IMG/VR virus record: IMGVR_UViG_3300030397_000075
Location: 1 to 35,484 of that record
Direction: 5' to 3' (one strand)
Length of the DNA stretch: 35,484 nt
Origin: a virus
Taxonomy: Duplodnaviria > Caudoviricetes
The stretch's first letter is position 1. The number at the start of each line of letters is the position of its first letter. The notes under the pieces are model-generated. The model searched no databases and was not told where the DNA came from. It was given only the letters and a program-made list of their open reading frames with translations. Shown piece by piece: positions 7,076 through 16,046 of this stretch. Position numbers and translations under genes: made by a program.

Positions 7076-7372
7076 ATGAAAAAGATACTACCAATTATAT
7101 CCAGTTTGCTTGTATTAAGTCTTATGGTGACCTTGATAGTTATGCAGCAAAAGAGAGCTAGGATATTGGAAGAAACAAAGAGGGTAAAGGAGGAGCATAT
7201 ACGTTTTATAGACTCATTGAGAGCTAAAGAATCTGAGTTTTATGAGCGCCAACAGGCGAAATACGACACAATGATAGATCAAATGCTTGAACGAACAGAA
7301 AAAATAGAATGGGATAAGGCAGACCAACAAGAGTACGACAGAAGATTCAATACAAAATACCAGATCAATTAG
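7076..7372 (+). CDS. N-terminal transmembrane plus coiled-coil protein (i-spanin-like topology)
   Basis: MKKILPIISSLLVLSLMVTLIV followed by a charged helical region. Confidence 0.65.
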   Translation: MKKILPIISSLLVLSLMVTLIVMQQKRARILEETKRVKEEHIRFIDSLRAKESEFYERQQAKYDTMIDQMLERTEKIEWDKADQQEYDRRFNTKYQIN

Positions 7373-7374
7373 AG

Positions 7375-7693
7375 ATGAGAGCCGGTAGACCAAAAAAAAA
7401 CTGTTTCGATGAAAGAAATTAGAACAGCAACGATATGAGAGAAGACGAAACTTACTTGAAGGGTAACGACAATATTGGCAGAGAAGATAGATCAACAAGA
7501 GTATGAGCAAGAAGATAGTAATAGCGAGTTGGGCAATATGTCAAGTGTTATTCTCTGCATTAGCCGTGATAACTTCACAGCCTTTATGGCATATTTTGCC
7601 TTTGTTGGCAATTGGTATTGTAAGTGTTATTTTCTTCTTATTCGATATAGAATGAAAAACGTAATTGCAGGATAATGGGAGCCGGTAGACCAA
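7375..7693 (+). repeat. 19-nt direct repeat of the terS 5' end, 300 bp apart
   Basis: ATGAGAGCCGGTAGACCAA (7375-7393) vs ATGGGAGCCGGTAGACCAA (7675-7693), 18/19 identical. Confidence 0.85.
7503..7655 (+). CDS. 50-aa two-pass membrane protein
   Basis: Not in ORF track. MSKKIVIASWAICQVLFSALAVITSQPLWHILPLLAIGIVSVIFFLFDIE. Confidence 0.65.
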   Translation: MSKKIVIASWAICQVLFSALAVITSQPLWHILPLLAIGIVSVIFFLFDIE

Positions 7694-8097
7694 GGATGTA
7701 CGATAAAGCAGAGGATCTTTGTAAAAAGATAGATGAATACTTTGAAAGCCTAAAAAGCGAAGAGCCTGTCTTTGTCGAAGGCAATGATGAACCAATAGCC
7801 ATTAGAGAAGTGAAGCGTCCGCCTACCGTAACGGGCCTCACTTTATACTTGGGTTTTTCGCACAAAAGTTCACTCTATGAGTACAGAGATACCGGAGAAT
7901 TTACCGACCCGATAAAAAAAGCACTTACCAGAATTGAGCAACACCACGAAGAAAGCCTCAATGAAAAGTCTTGTACAGGCAACATCTTCGCACTCAAAAA
8001 CATGGGTTGGGTTGACCGCAAGGAAGTGAAGACAGTAACCGAAGAACCTACACTTGAAGACATAGATAAGCGACTGCGTGAACTCGGCCTTCGATAA
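7675..8097 (+). CDS. terS: terminase small subunit (P22 gp3-like DNA-packaging family)
   Basis: GRPRMY...PPTVTGLTLYLGF...SLYEY...IFALKNMGWVD motifs; directly upstream of terL. Confidence 0.9.
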   Translation: MGAGRPRMYDKAEDLCKKIDEYFESLKSEEPVFVEGNDEPIAIREVKRPPTVTGLTLYLGFSHKSSLYEYRDTGEFTDPIKKALTRIEQHHEESLNEKSCTGNIFALKNMGWVDRKEVKTVTEEPTLEDIDKRLRELGLR

Positions 8098-9571
8098 TGA
8101 CGTGTTTGAACAACTCACCACTGAGCAGAAGTTAGAAGCGTTTCGCCTCCTTGAGATCGAGCGCACTATTCATTGCTCTAATGATTACTACACTTTTTTC
8201 CAAGACGCCTGGAAAGTAATAGAGCCAGGCACTCCCCTACGACTATCAAAACACATCAAGTATCTATGCGACCTATTAGGTGAGCAGATCAAAAAGGTAG
8301 CAAGCGACGAACGCCCCGACTATGACAAGATCATTATAAACGTACCACCGAGCACATCCAAGAGTACGATAGTCACCAAGATACTACCGGTGTGGTGTTG
8401 GTTGCAAAATGCATCCATGCGGATCATTACAAGCTCCTTCGATGAAAAGTTGGCTACGGATCACACGGTAAAGAGCCGCGACATCATCGTTAGTGACTGG
8501 TTTCAAGATCGGTGGGGTGACATATTTAAACTAAAGAGTGACCAAAACGAAAAGAAGAGTTACTACAACAACAAAACGGGCATACGCAAGGCAGTAACCA
8601 CAAAGGGAGGTAAAACGGGGTTTCACTGCCATCTTTATATCGAAGATGACCCTATTGACCCGCACAAGGCGTTAAGTCAACCTGAAAGAGAAACGGCCAT
8701 ACGCGACCATGATCAGGTTATACCTTCTAGGATGTTAGAGAATAGCTTGCGGATAGTGGTGCAACAGAGAGTACATGAAAAGGACACCACGGGGCATATA
8801 TTGTCGAAACTGAAAGAGAAGCCAGATGAACGTATACTTCATGTGTGCTTGCCGGCCGAACTTACGAAGGACGTAACACCTGGGGCAGAACACATCTACA
8901 CCGATGGGCTGCTTGATCCCGTACGGCTATCACGTGAAAGACTACAAGGCTTCAGAACGGATCTAGGCTCGGTGGCATACGCTGGACAGTATCTACAAAC
9001 TCCGCATGTCGACGGTGGTAATAAGATCAAAACCGAGTGGATCCAATATATCGAAAAGAGCCAACTACCCAACCTGCAATTGGACATGTGGATAGATGGT
9101 GCCTACACAAAGAGAACAGAGAACGACCCCACCGGCATAATGGTGTGTGGGATGTACAAGAATAACCTCTACGTCGTGCACTTTGAAGAGAAACACCAAG
9201 AGATGCCAGAACTCCTAAAGAACGTCGAAGAGAAAGCCGATCTACTTGGGTTGAATTACAAGAGCAGGGTGTACATAGAACCGAAAGCCTCCGGTAAAAC
9301 ACTCAAACAACTCCTCCATGCGCAAACACCCCTCAACCCTGTGGAGATAAAGAGCCACTTGGTAATGGAGGGCAAGGAGGCACGAATACAAGCGGCTGCA
9401 CCAAAGTTTGAAGCCGGGCGGGTGTATTTAGTTCGGGCAAGCTGGAATGATGCTTTTGTGGGGCAATTGACGGGTTTTCCGAATGCTGAGCACGATGAGG
9501 CAGTGGACTTGATAGGCTACTCATGCGAAAAATACTTCAAAAAGAAGAAGAAAAAAGGCATAAAATATTAA
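8078..9571 (+). CDS. terL: terminase large subunit
   Basis: Walker A variant INVPPSTSKST, Walker B LYIEDDP, VVQQRVHEKD, YAGQYLQTP, RNase H-like WIDGAY...HDEAVD. Confidence 0.96.
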   Translation: MNSAFDNDVFEQLTTEQKLEAFRLLEIERTIHCSNDYYTFFQDAWKVIEPGTPLRLSKHIKYLCDLLGEQIKKVASDERPDYDKIIINVPPSTSKSTIVTKILPVWCWLQNASMRIITSSFDEKLATDHTVKSRDIIVSDWFQDRWGDIFKLKSDQNEKKSYYNNKTGIRKAVTTKGGKTGFHCHLYIEDDPIDPHKALSQPERETAIRDHDQVIPSRMLENSLRIVVQQRVHEKDTTGHILSKLKEKPDERILHVCLPAELTKDVTPGAEHIYTDGLLDPVRLSRERLQGFRTDLGSVAYAGQYLQTPHVDGGNKIKTEWIQYIEKSQLPNLQLDMWIDGAYTKRTENDPTGIMVCGMYKNNLYVVHFEEKHQEMPELLKNVEEKADLLGLNYKSRVYIEPKASGKTLKQLLHAQTPLNPVEIKSHLVMEGKEARIQAAAPKFEAGRVYLVRASWNDAFVGQLTGFPNAEHDEAVDLIGYSCEKYFKKKKKKGIKY

Positions 9572-9610
9572 AATACCCAAAAGTTTTACTTTTCGTATAG
9601 ATATTTTGCT

Positions 9611-9618
9611 TATATTTG
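9611..9618 (+). promoter_or_regulatory. Bacteroidota -7 promoter element for the structural operon
   Basis: TATATTTG matches TAnnTTTG in the AT-rich intergenic gap after terL. Confidence 0.6.
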
Positions 9619-9628
9619 CGTATATCCA

Positions 9629-9642
9629 GCCGACGGGAAGGC
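9629..9642 (+). promoter_or_regulatory. conserved-loop mini hairpin, copy 1
   Basis: GCC-GACGGGAA-GGC, 22 nt before ATG 9665. Confidence 0.5.
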
Positions 9643-9664
9643 ATTTAATAGTTAATTCACAACC

Positions 9665-10309
9665 ATGTCAATTCTATACACTTGCCCTCCTGGAAGCGAG
9701 ATCAATGACATACCAAACGTCAACTGCTACGAGCAGATTGGACAAGTTCAAAAAATTCTAATTCAGAGGATGTACGACGGGTCAACTCGTAATGAGTTTA
9801 CCATTGCCTCTGCAAATCCAAATGTCCTGGCATCGTGGACAACGTTCCTGACTGCCACAGATAGTACCAAGGTGCAGGTGACTCCGTACATTGGTAGCCC
9901 TACCCTCCCACCTCCAGAACCGGTAACTGTAGGAGGTGGCAATGACTCACTTGACGGCAATGAGGAGATCATAGCCTTTAATGCGGCTCAGTTTACGGCT
10001 CAGTTATATCAAGTGCCTCAAGAGGTGATCTTGGCATTGAAGCCGTACATGAGTGAGCAATTACAGGTTTACTTCATTACTCAGAATAACCAGATCATCG
10101 GAGAGGTGGATGACCATACTACACCGACGAAGTTCAGAGGTTTTGAGGTGATCCCTAAGAGTTTCTATGTAGGGCCAAAAGGGCTTGGAGGACACCAAGA
10201 AAGAGATGCTAACCCAATCGGTTTTGCTATGAAGTACGGGTGGAGTGACTACTTGCATGTAGTAACCCCTGCTGGATCATTCAAGCCATTGGTTGACATT
10301 ACCAACTAA
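9665..10309 (+). CDS. major virion protein, probable tail tube
   Basis: 214 aa, beta-rich. The N-terminal CP...IP...C.EQIGQVQK..IQR pattern recalls structural proteins of Bacteroides B40-8-like siphoviruses (recollection, not a search). No other tail-tube candidate in the tail module. Confidence 0.6.
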   Translation: MSILYTCPPGSEINDIPNVNCYEQIGQVQKILIQRMYDGSTRNEFTIASANPNVLASWTTFLTATDSTKVQVTPYIGSPTLPPPEPVTVGGGNDSLDGNEEIIAFNAAQFTAQLYQVPQEVILALKPYMSEQLQVYFITQNNQIIGEVDDHTTPTKFRGFEVIPKSFYVGPKGLGGHQERDANPIGFAMKYGWSDYLHVVTPAGSFKPLVDITN

Positions 10310-10315
10310 TAGGAG

Positions 10316-10501
10316 ATGAAAATTACACTAACACATCCCCTATTAGGCGACAAAGAGTTTGAGGCCAGCCACGCTGAACGCATCATGGCTCGACCTAATA
10401 ACGGAGGATGGCAATTTAAAAAAGATGCCGCTCGATCTAACGACGCTAAAGGAAAGGCTGGAGAAAAAGCCCAAAAGGGCTCAGATAAGTCGAGCGAGTA
10501 G
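10316..10501 (+). CDS. small protein between tail tube and portal
   Basis: EFEASHAERIMARPNNGGW; C-terminal part overlaps the portal start. Confidence 0.65.
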   Translation: MKITLTHPLLGDKEFEASHAERIMARPNNGGWQFKKDAARSNDAKGKAGEKAQKGSDKSSE

Positions 10502-12116
10502 CTTCGATGAAAGGGTTAAGTTCTTGGTTGAGCCGGCCCTGGTTGAAAGAGATAGTCAAAGACAGCGCACCCTCTTCATTGAATGGTGCAAGTCTTTACT
10601 ACATAAAGACGCGCTACCGAGGTTTGAGGCTTTATTAAAGCCGCCATATGACACGGTAGCATTGTTTGACAGAGTTTACGATGCGTTGAGTAAAGTTTTT
10701 GACGGGAAGGACTCTGTATATCGAGCTGAGTTTTCAAGCGACACAGCAAAAGAGGACTGGGCTAATTATCAGGCAGAAGTGCTTGATGAACCGTATGCCT
10801 TTAAGAAGGCTGCATTTGAAAAATTGAGAAGCGGTATCAACGCGTTTATCGTGGTTGACATGGCAAGTGAGGTATCAAGCCCTGATCCTTATTACTACTT
10901 CGTGGATATGGCTAGTGTGGTTGACTACGAATACGAGGGTAATGAGCTTATGTGGCTTGTGTATAAGATGGATGAAGAGCACCTTGTAACGGTCGATACT
11001 GAACGATACGTGGTATATCACATGCCGAACAAGTCGTACAGTAAGTTGATCGAGAAGGTGAATAACCCTCATGATCTTGGATACTGCCCTGCACGGAGGT
11101 TTTACCCTGAGTTAGTAGATGACTCGGTAAGTAGGCACCCAGCAATTTCTTACCTGTCATTGGCTGCATGGTTTTTATTCATGGCCACAGCTAAGAAGTA
11201 CCTAGACACTTACGCGTCGACTCCTATATTTTGGGGGTACGATCCTGAATGCGAGTATGAGTACGATGGGCAGCATTGCGAAGGTGGGTATTTATACACC
11301 GAGGACAACAGTGCTATCCTAGTAGGTGCAGAGCCTAAAGCATGTCCAGCGTGTCAAAACAAGAAGCTCGGTCCAGGTGGGTTTATCACTGTACCACAGC
11401 CAGACGAGGAGATAGCTGACATGCGCAACCCGATAGGTGTTATTGACATCCCGATAAACGGGGTGAAGTATAGCGTCGAGGAGTTGGAGAGGTTGAAGAA
11501 CGAAATACTTGAAGGTATAACCGGCCAAGGTGCTGAAACCGATAATAAGCAGGCGTTCAACATCGAGCAAGTATTAGCCTCCATTGATGCGCGTAAGACG
11601 ATCATTGTGAAGATCAAAACAGTGATTGAGCAAACGCAAGAATGGTTAGTGAGCACGATATGCCGGTTAAGGTACGGATCAGCTTTCTCTTATGCTTACG
11701 TGAATCTCGGGACACAGTTTCATTGGTTTGAACCGGAGCAGGTATTGGAGTTGTACAACAAAGCCAAAGCAGAGAATAGCGACGACATTATTTTAGATCA
11801 ATTGCAAGATGAGTATTTCGACGCTAAGTACCGGACAAGCCCAGAGGACAGGTTGAGAACTCGAATTCTGTTAAACCTTGATCCATTTAGGCACCGGACA
11901 CGAGAGGAGGTTATGGAGATGCCAGTAAATGAGGAGTTGAAGCTATTAAAGGCTAACTTTTCAAGTTTGATACAACGCTTCGAAAGAGAGAATATCAATG
12001 TCGTGACTTTTGGGGAAGCCCTGGAGTTCGATAGAAAGATAAATAGCATCAATGCGGTGCTAATGGGATATGTTCAAGAATTAAAAGTAGAAAATGGCGA
12101 ATTACAAAGTGCCTAA
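10425..12116 (+). CDS. portal protein with Cys-rich insertion
   Basis: About 563 aa from ATG 10425 (preferred over TTG 10359); HDLGYCPA motif; lies between terL and scaffold/capsid; CEY...HCEGG...CPAC insert. Confidence 0.85.
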   Translation: MPLDLTTLKERLEKKPKRAQISRASSFDERVKFLVEPALVERDSQRQRTLFIEWCKSLLHKDALPRFEALLKPPYDTVALFDRVYDALSKVFDGKDSVYRAEFSSDTAKEDWANYQAEVLDEPYAFKKAAFEKLRSGINAFIVVDMASEVSSPDPYYYFVDMASVVDYEYEGNELMWLVYKMDEEHLVTVDTERYVVYHMPNKSYSKLIEKVNNPHDLGYCPARRFYPELVDDSVSRHPAISYLSLAAWFLFMATAKKYLDTYASTPIFWGYDPECEYEYDGQHCEGGYLYTEDNSAILVGAEPKACPACQNKKLGPGGFITVPQPDEEIADMRNPIGVIDIPINGVKYSVEELERLKNEILEGITGQGAETDNKQAFNIEQVLASIDARKTIIVKIKTVIEQTQEWLVSTICRLRYGSAFSYAYVNLGTQFHWFEPEQVLELYNKAKAENSDDIILDQLQDEYFDAKYRTSPEDRLRTRILLNLDPFRHRTREEVMEMPVNEELKLLKANFSSLIQRFERENINVVTFGEALEFDRKINSINAVLMGYVQELKVENGELQSA

Positions 12117-12339
12117 AGGCGAAGAAGGTTTATACCATGTGAGTTTTTATACAGGGCCTCGATACGACCCTGACACAAGGGAGGAGATCGCGAAAATTCA
12201 TATTCACAAAACCAACCCACAACAGTATAAGTCGTGGGCAGAAACCGCGCCTCAATTGGGTATCAAGGTAGTCGAGGTACTACATGACCCAACAAAGAAG
12301 AGAACTACAAGAAAACCAGCTCCAAAGGCAGAAGAGTAA
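12094..12339 (+). CDS. small head-module protein
   Basis: ORF track; VEVLHDPT followed by a basic low-complexity tail. Confidence 0.7.
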   Translation: MANYKVPKGEEGLYHVSFYTGPRYDPDTREEIAKIHIHKTNPQQYKSWAETAPQLGIKVVEVLHDPTKKRTTRKPAPKAEE

Positions 12340-12352
12340 ACAAAGGGAAGTT
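12339..12352 (+). promoter_or_regulatory. conserved-loop mini hairpin, copy 2 (variant)
   Basis: AAC-AAAGGGAA-GTT, 5 nt before ATG 12358. Confidence 0.3.
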
Positions 12353-12357
12353 ATTAT

Positions 12358-13251
12358 ATGCTAAAAGCCGAAGTACTAAGGGCGAATGAGCCTTTAAAAG
12401 AATTGACAGACGAGCAAATACGAATTATCGTAGCATTGTCAAAGAACGATGAAGAGCAAATGAAGACCACCATCGTTCGAGAGGTGCATGACCGGTACGA
12501 TCAAGACATTGAGGAGTTGACCGGTTTAAAGCGTGAACCAACAGAGAAAACCTACAAGTTTTTAAAAAGAGCTGTAGGTGCGAAGTTGGAAGGAGTCGAG
12601 GAGTTAAATAAGACGATCAAAACCCTGGAGGCAGAGAAAAAAGAACTCCTCGAAAAGGGTGACGATCAGAGGATTGACGAACTCACTAAGCAGATTAAAG
12701 AGAAAACTGATCGCATTGAGTTAATGAAGACTAAACACGCTGAAGCACTGAAGGAGAAAGAGAATGAGATCCAGATGCAAATGAGTAGCCTTGAGGATTT
12801 TAAGGTATCCTCTATGTTTCAGGGATCAGTGAGCGGGGTAAAACTCGATGACACGATACCGCAGGCCGCAAGAGACGCGGTTGTGCAACAAACCGAGCAG
12901 TACGTCAAAGGACTCAAAAGAGAGTGGATAGACGGCAAACTTCGGTTCTTGGATGACAACGACGAGATCATGAGGGATAAAACCACATTGGAGCCGTTAA
13001 CCATCGAAGCCATTACCAAGCAGCGTTTACAGCCAATTACAGCAGGAGAACGCAAAGGTGGAGGTGCCGGTGGTAAAGCCCCAAAAGGTAAAACCGGATC
13101 ACTGTTGGAGGCCAAGGATAAAGGCGAACTAACGGAATTAGCCCGACAGCAGGCTATGAGTGAGGGTTTGAGTCCAACTGATTTGACTGGCAAATTTCAA
13201 GCGCGAGTTGATGAGTTGTACAACGAAAACGTAGCCAATATAGGCGAGTAA
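12358..13251 (+). CDS. capsid scaffolding protein
   Basis: E/K-rich coiled coil, GGGAGG linker and short C-terminal helices; immediately upstream of the capsid gene. Confidence 0.8.
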   Translation: MLKAEVLRANEPLKELTDEQIRIIVALSKNDEEQMKTTIVREVHDRYDQDIEELTGLKREPTEKTYKFLKRAVGAKLEGVEELNKTIKTLEAEKKELLEKGDDQRIDELTKQIKEKTDRIELMKTKHAEALKEKENEIQMQMSSLEDFKVSSMFQGSVSGVKLDDTIPQAARDAVVQQTEQYVKGLKREWIDGKLRFLDDNDEIMRDKTTLEPLTIEAITKQRLQPITAGERKGGGAGGKAPKGKTGSLLEAKDKGELTELARQQAMSEGLSPTDLTGKFQARVDELYNENVANIGE

Positions 13252-13261
13252 TTATTTACAA

Positions 13262-13277
13262 GAGCGACGGGAAGCTC
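13262..13277 (+). promoter_or_regulatory. conserved-loop mini hairpin, copy 3
   Basis: GAGC-GACGGGAA-GCTC, 23 nt before ATG 13301. Confidence 0.5.
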
Positions 13278-13300
13278 CTTAACCATAAAAATTCATAGAA

Positions 13301-14341
13301 ATGAGTTTGTTAGCAACTAGAATGCAAGAGTTGCGAGCTTCCGGTTTAATGGATAAATGGGAAGATAGACCTTCCCAAGCTGGCGCACTTGACTTCTTTA
13401 TTCAAGACACTGTGAACCCTGCGGGGATCATCAGTGAGGACATGCAAATGAAAGCACGACAAGCATTTAGCCGTGACTTGAAGGTGCCTGTCATCGACTA
13501 CGACGGTGGTATCTCTATTGGTTCTACCCGATCGCACACCATCGCTGATAGCGAAAACACATCTGCACTCTATACCGTGACTTTCGTGACGTACACGTTC
13601 GGGTTTACGCAAGCCCCTGCATTGTACATCAACAACGAAATTGACGGGCAGAGAGACTTCAACCGCAAGATGCAGAAGTACACCAACCTTTTGGTGAAAA
13701 CAATGGACACGGCCTGTATTACTGCCCTGGATACCAACAAGACTCAGGTCTTTGGTGATGACTTGGGCTACGATACAACCGGTAACGTTCTTGGGTTTAC
13801 ATTGGCTCAAGAAGACAAGGCACTTGGTGCTTTGGACCCGATTATGAACTCGAACGACTACTACGGTGGGCTTCACATCATCGGAAACCGTGGGCTTCAG
13901 CACCTTGTCGAAAGGTTGGCAGAGAAGAGTACGTACAACTCTGAGAACAAGACTATCCAATACTTGGACAAGCAATTGCACTACACGAACCGCATTGCAA
14001 ATGCTGCTTCTCATGGGGCTACCATGTTTGCAGTAAATGAAGGTTCTGTTGGACTGTTGTTCAGATACGACCGCGAGGCCGAATTGGGTACTGTTTCTCA
14101 GCACTCAGGGTATACTTGGGGTATCCAGCAGGTTCCATTCTTGGGGCTGCCAATGGGTACTATGGAGTATGAGTCTGTAGGAGACTACTCTGGACTGGCC
14201 GGAGCCGCAACTGCGGACATGAAAGCCGCTCGTAAATATCACTTTGGCTTCTCTTTCGATGTAGCCTATGTGGTAGCATACAACAGTGATCTTTCATCCA
14301 TCGCAAGTCCAATTATCAAAGCGGACATAGCCGACGCATAA
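13301..14341 (+). CDS. major capsid protein
   Basis: 346 aa after the scaffold gene; biased codon usage; followed by a hairpin; size and position fit an HK97-fold capsid protein. Confidence 0.88.
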   Translation: MSLLATRMQELRASGLMDKWEDRPSQAGALDFFIQDTVNPAGIISEDMQMKARQAFSRDLKVPVIDYDGGISIGSTRSHTIADSENTSALYTVTFVTYTFGFTQAPALYINNEIDGQRDFNRKMQKYTNLLVKTMDTACITALDTNKTQVFGDDLGYDTTGNVLGFTLAQEDKALGALDPIMNSNDYYGGLHIIGNRGLQHLVERLAEKSTYNSENKTIQYLDKQLHYTNRIANAASHGATMFAVNEGSVGLLFRYDREAELGTVSQHSGYTWGIQQVPFLGLPMGTMEYESVGDYSGLAGAATADMKAARKYHFGFSFDVAYVVAYNSDLSSIASPIIKADIADA

Positions 14342-14348
14342 TTCATAC

Positions 14349-14376
14349 GGGAGGGTGTAAAAGCCCTCCCACATTT
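14349..14376 (+). terminator. hairpin after the capsid gene, probably a leaky terminator or mRNA stabiliser
   Basis: GGGAGGG/CCCTCCC stem with a weak T-tract (ACATTT). Confidence 0.65.
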
Positions 14377-14384
14377 AACACCTC

Positions 14385-15410
14385 ATGTTTAGTCCAACGA
14401 TAGACCTTACAAGCGTATGCGGGTTTAGACAAAACCCAGATAGTAATGGAGAGCAGCTTTCTGCCCTTACTACGTCCGACTCAGGACTATTCATCAACGA
14501 CGCTCACCCGCTTCTTACGATCAACAACCTGGCAAGTGTAGCCGAGCAAGAGCAAGACTTCACGGCATGGCTTACTCAAAGAGTACAAGGGAGTATTTTA
14601 ACGGCACTCAATAGGTGGTGCCTGGAGAGAGTACAGTTTAACAACGCTCGCAGGGTAATGAACGCAGGTGTATTACCAGAGATCAGCAATGAGCGCAAGG
14701 TGATCACTTCGAATAATTGGGTTGGGTTATTCTACCAAGGGGTGGGTAAAGGCCGCTCATTCAAAGTACATAAGCTGGGCTTACATTTTGCGAGTACGCA
14801 GAGTGTGGATATAAAGGTGTTTCGGCAGGATAGTAAAGACCCTGTCAAAGAACAAACGCTCAATTACACGGATGCTGGATCGGTTCAGTGGATCGACTTC
14901 GAGTTGAGCATGGATAAGCCCATGAACTACTACATCGTGTACGATGCCACGGGTAAAGATCCATACGACAGCGTATACACTTACAAAAGCCCCTGCCAAA
15001 TAACGGGATGCGATACCGGTTCTGATATAGGTGGCGAGTTGTGGGACTTGGATGACACGCAGTACAGTTACTCAAGCAACTACGGGTTGTTTCTGGACTA
15101 CACATACGGTTGTGACCTGACTGACTTCATCGTTCAGAATAAGCTCTCTTTTGCAAGGCTGTTGCAACTACAAATAGCAAGCGATCTATTGAGGGAGTTG
15201 GCCATGAACTCAAACGCGAGGGTTAATAGAAATGAGGCGAACATTGATACAACTACCATTCTATACGAGATCGACGGGGATAGCCAAGGACGCCCAGGAG
15301 GGATCAAAAGGGAATTGGAACGCACATTGAAAAGCCTAAGCCTTGATATGTCCGGTATCGACAAGAGATGCCTGGGATGTAGGAAGGGGATAAAATACGG
15401 TGCTGTATGA
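14385..15410 (+). CDS. head completion / head-tail adaptor protein
   Basis: Position after the capsid gene; C-terminal CLGC. Confidence 0.55.
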   Translation: MFSPTIDLTSVCGFRQNPDSNGEQLSALTTSDSGLFINDAHPLLTINNLASVAEQEQDFTAWLTQRVQGSILTALNRWCLERVQFNNARRVMNAGVLPEISNERKVITSNNWVGLFYQGVGKGRSFKVHKLGLHFASTQSVDIKVFRQDSKDPVKEQTLNYTDAGSVQWIDFELSMDKPMNYYIVYDATGKDPYDSVYTYKSPCQITGCDTGSDIGGELWDLDDTQYSYSSNYGLFLDYTYGCDLTDFIVQNKLSFARLLQLQIASDLLRELAMNSNARVNRNEANIDTTTILYEIDGDSQGRPGGIKRELERTLKSLSLDMSGIDKRCLGCRKGIKYGAV

Positions 15411-15841
15411 GGTTTGGAGCCAAGATACAAGCACTAGAGAGGTTCAATCCATTTGTGGAGAGTCTGAATGCCTTGCAAGGTTTTACCATCGAGATCATTC
15501 GAATGAACACCCGAAGGCTGTACCAATTAGGGCAGTATACCACGGGTGAGGATATAGCGGACAGGGTGCCTTATAAGCCCCTGACCATCCAATTAAAGAG
15601 AGCAAAGGGGCAACCAACCGACCGAGTGACTTTAAAGGACACAGGTGACTTCCATGCAAGCATCTATTTGTCGTTTGACACAACCAAGATGACGGTGATG
15701 GCCGATGATCCCAAGACAGCAAAATTGGTGAGGAAGTACGGTTACGAGATACTCGGACTTACCGAGCAGAACTTGATCGACCTGCAAGCGAAGATATACC
15801 CCAAATTATTGGACAAATTCAAAAGAGCAGCTTATGCATGA
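15407..15841 (+). CDS. neck / virion morphogenesis protein
   Basis: Y.PLTIQLKRAKGQPTDRVTLKDTGDFHASI motif typical of tail completion/morphogenesis proteins. Confidence 0.7.
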   Translation: MRFGAKIQALERFNPFVESLNALQGFTIEIIRMNTRRLYQLGQYTTGEDIADRVPYKPLTIQLKRAKGQPTDRVTLKDTGDFHASIYLSFDTTKMTVMADDPKTAKLVRKYGYEILGLTEQNLIDLQAKIYPKLLDKFKRAAYA

Positions 15842-16046
15842 GGTAAGTTTTGAAGTCAGATACGAGATAGGCAAAGAGGTCTATTTGAGAACCGACCTTG
15901 AAGGCTTTCCGCATATTGTCATGGGCTATATCGTGCGGCCTGGAGGGGTTGTAAGCTATATACTAGAGTCGCATGGCTCAGAGATCGAAGTAGAGCAATT
16001 TCAGATCATCCCAACCAAAAGACTAGACGGCATTGAGTATAACTAA
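15834..16046 (+). CDS. small beta-barrel hypothetical protein
   Basis: ORF track; YEIGKEVYL pattern. Confidence 0.6.
   Translation: MHEVSFEVRYEIGKEVYLRTDLEGFPHIVMGYIVRPGGVVSYILESHGSEIEVEQFQIIPTKRLDGIEYN

Noticed and set aside
7375-7506. Possible TAG read-through or stop-codon reassignment joining two mini-ORFs
   Set aside because: All long genes are open under the standard code and TAG ends several genes; no sign of recoding
7475-7675. 66-aa TTG-start ORF from the track
   Set aside because: The overlapping ATG-start 50-aa two-TM ORF (7503-7655) is more protein-like and is coupled at both ends
13346-14104. 252-aa antisense ORF over the capsid gene, and other minus-strand ORFs over portal, tape measure and fibre genes
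   Set aside because: Shadow ORFs expected from biased codon usage on the coding strand; no recognisable motifs or expression signals
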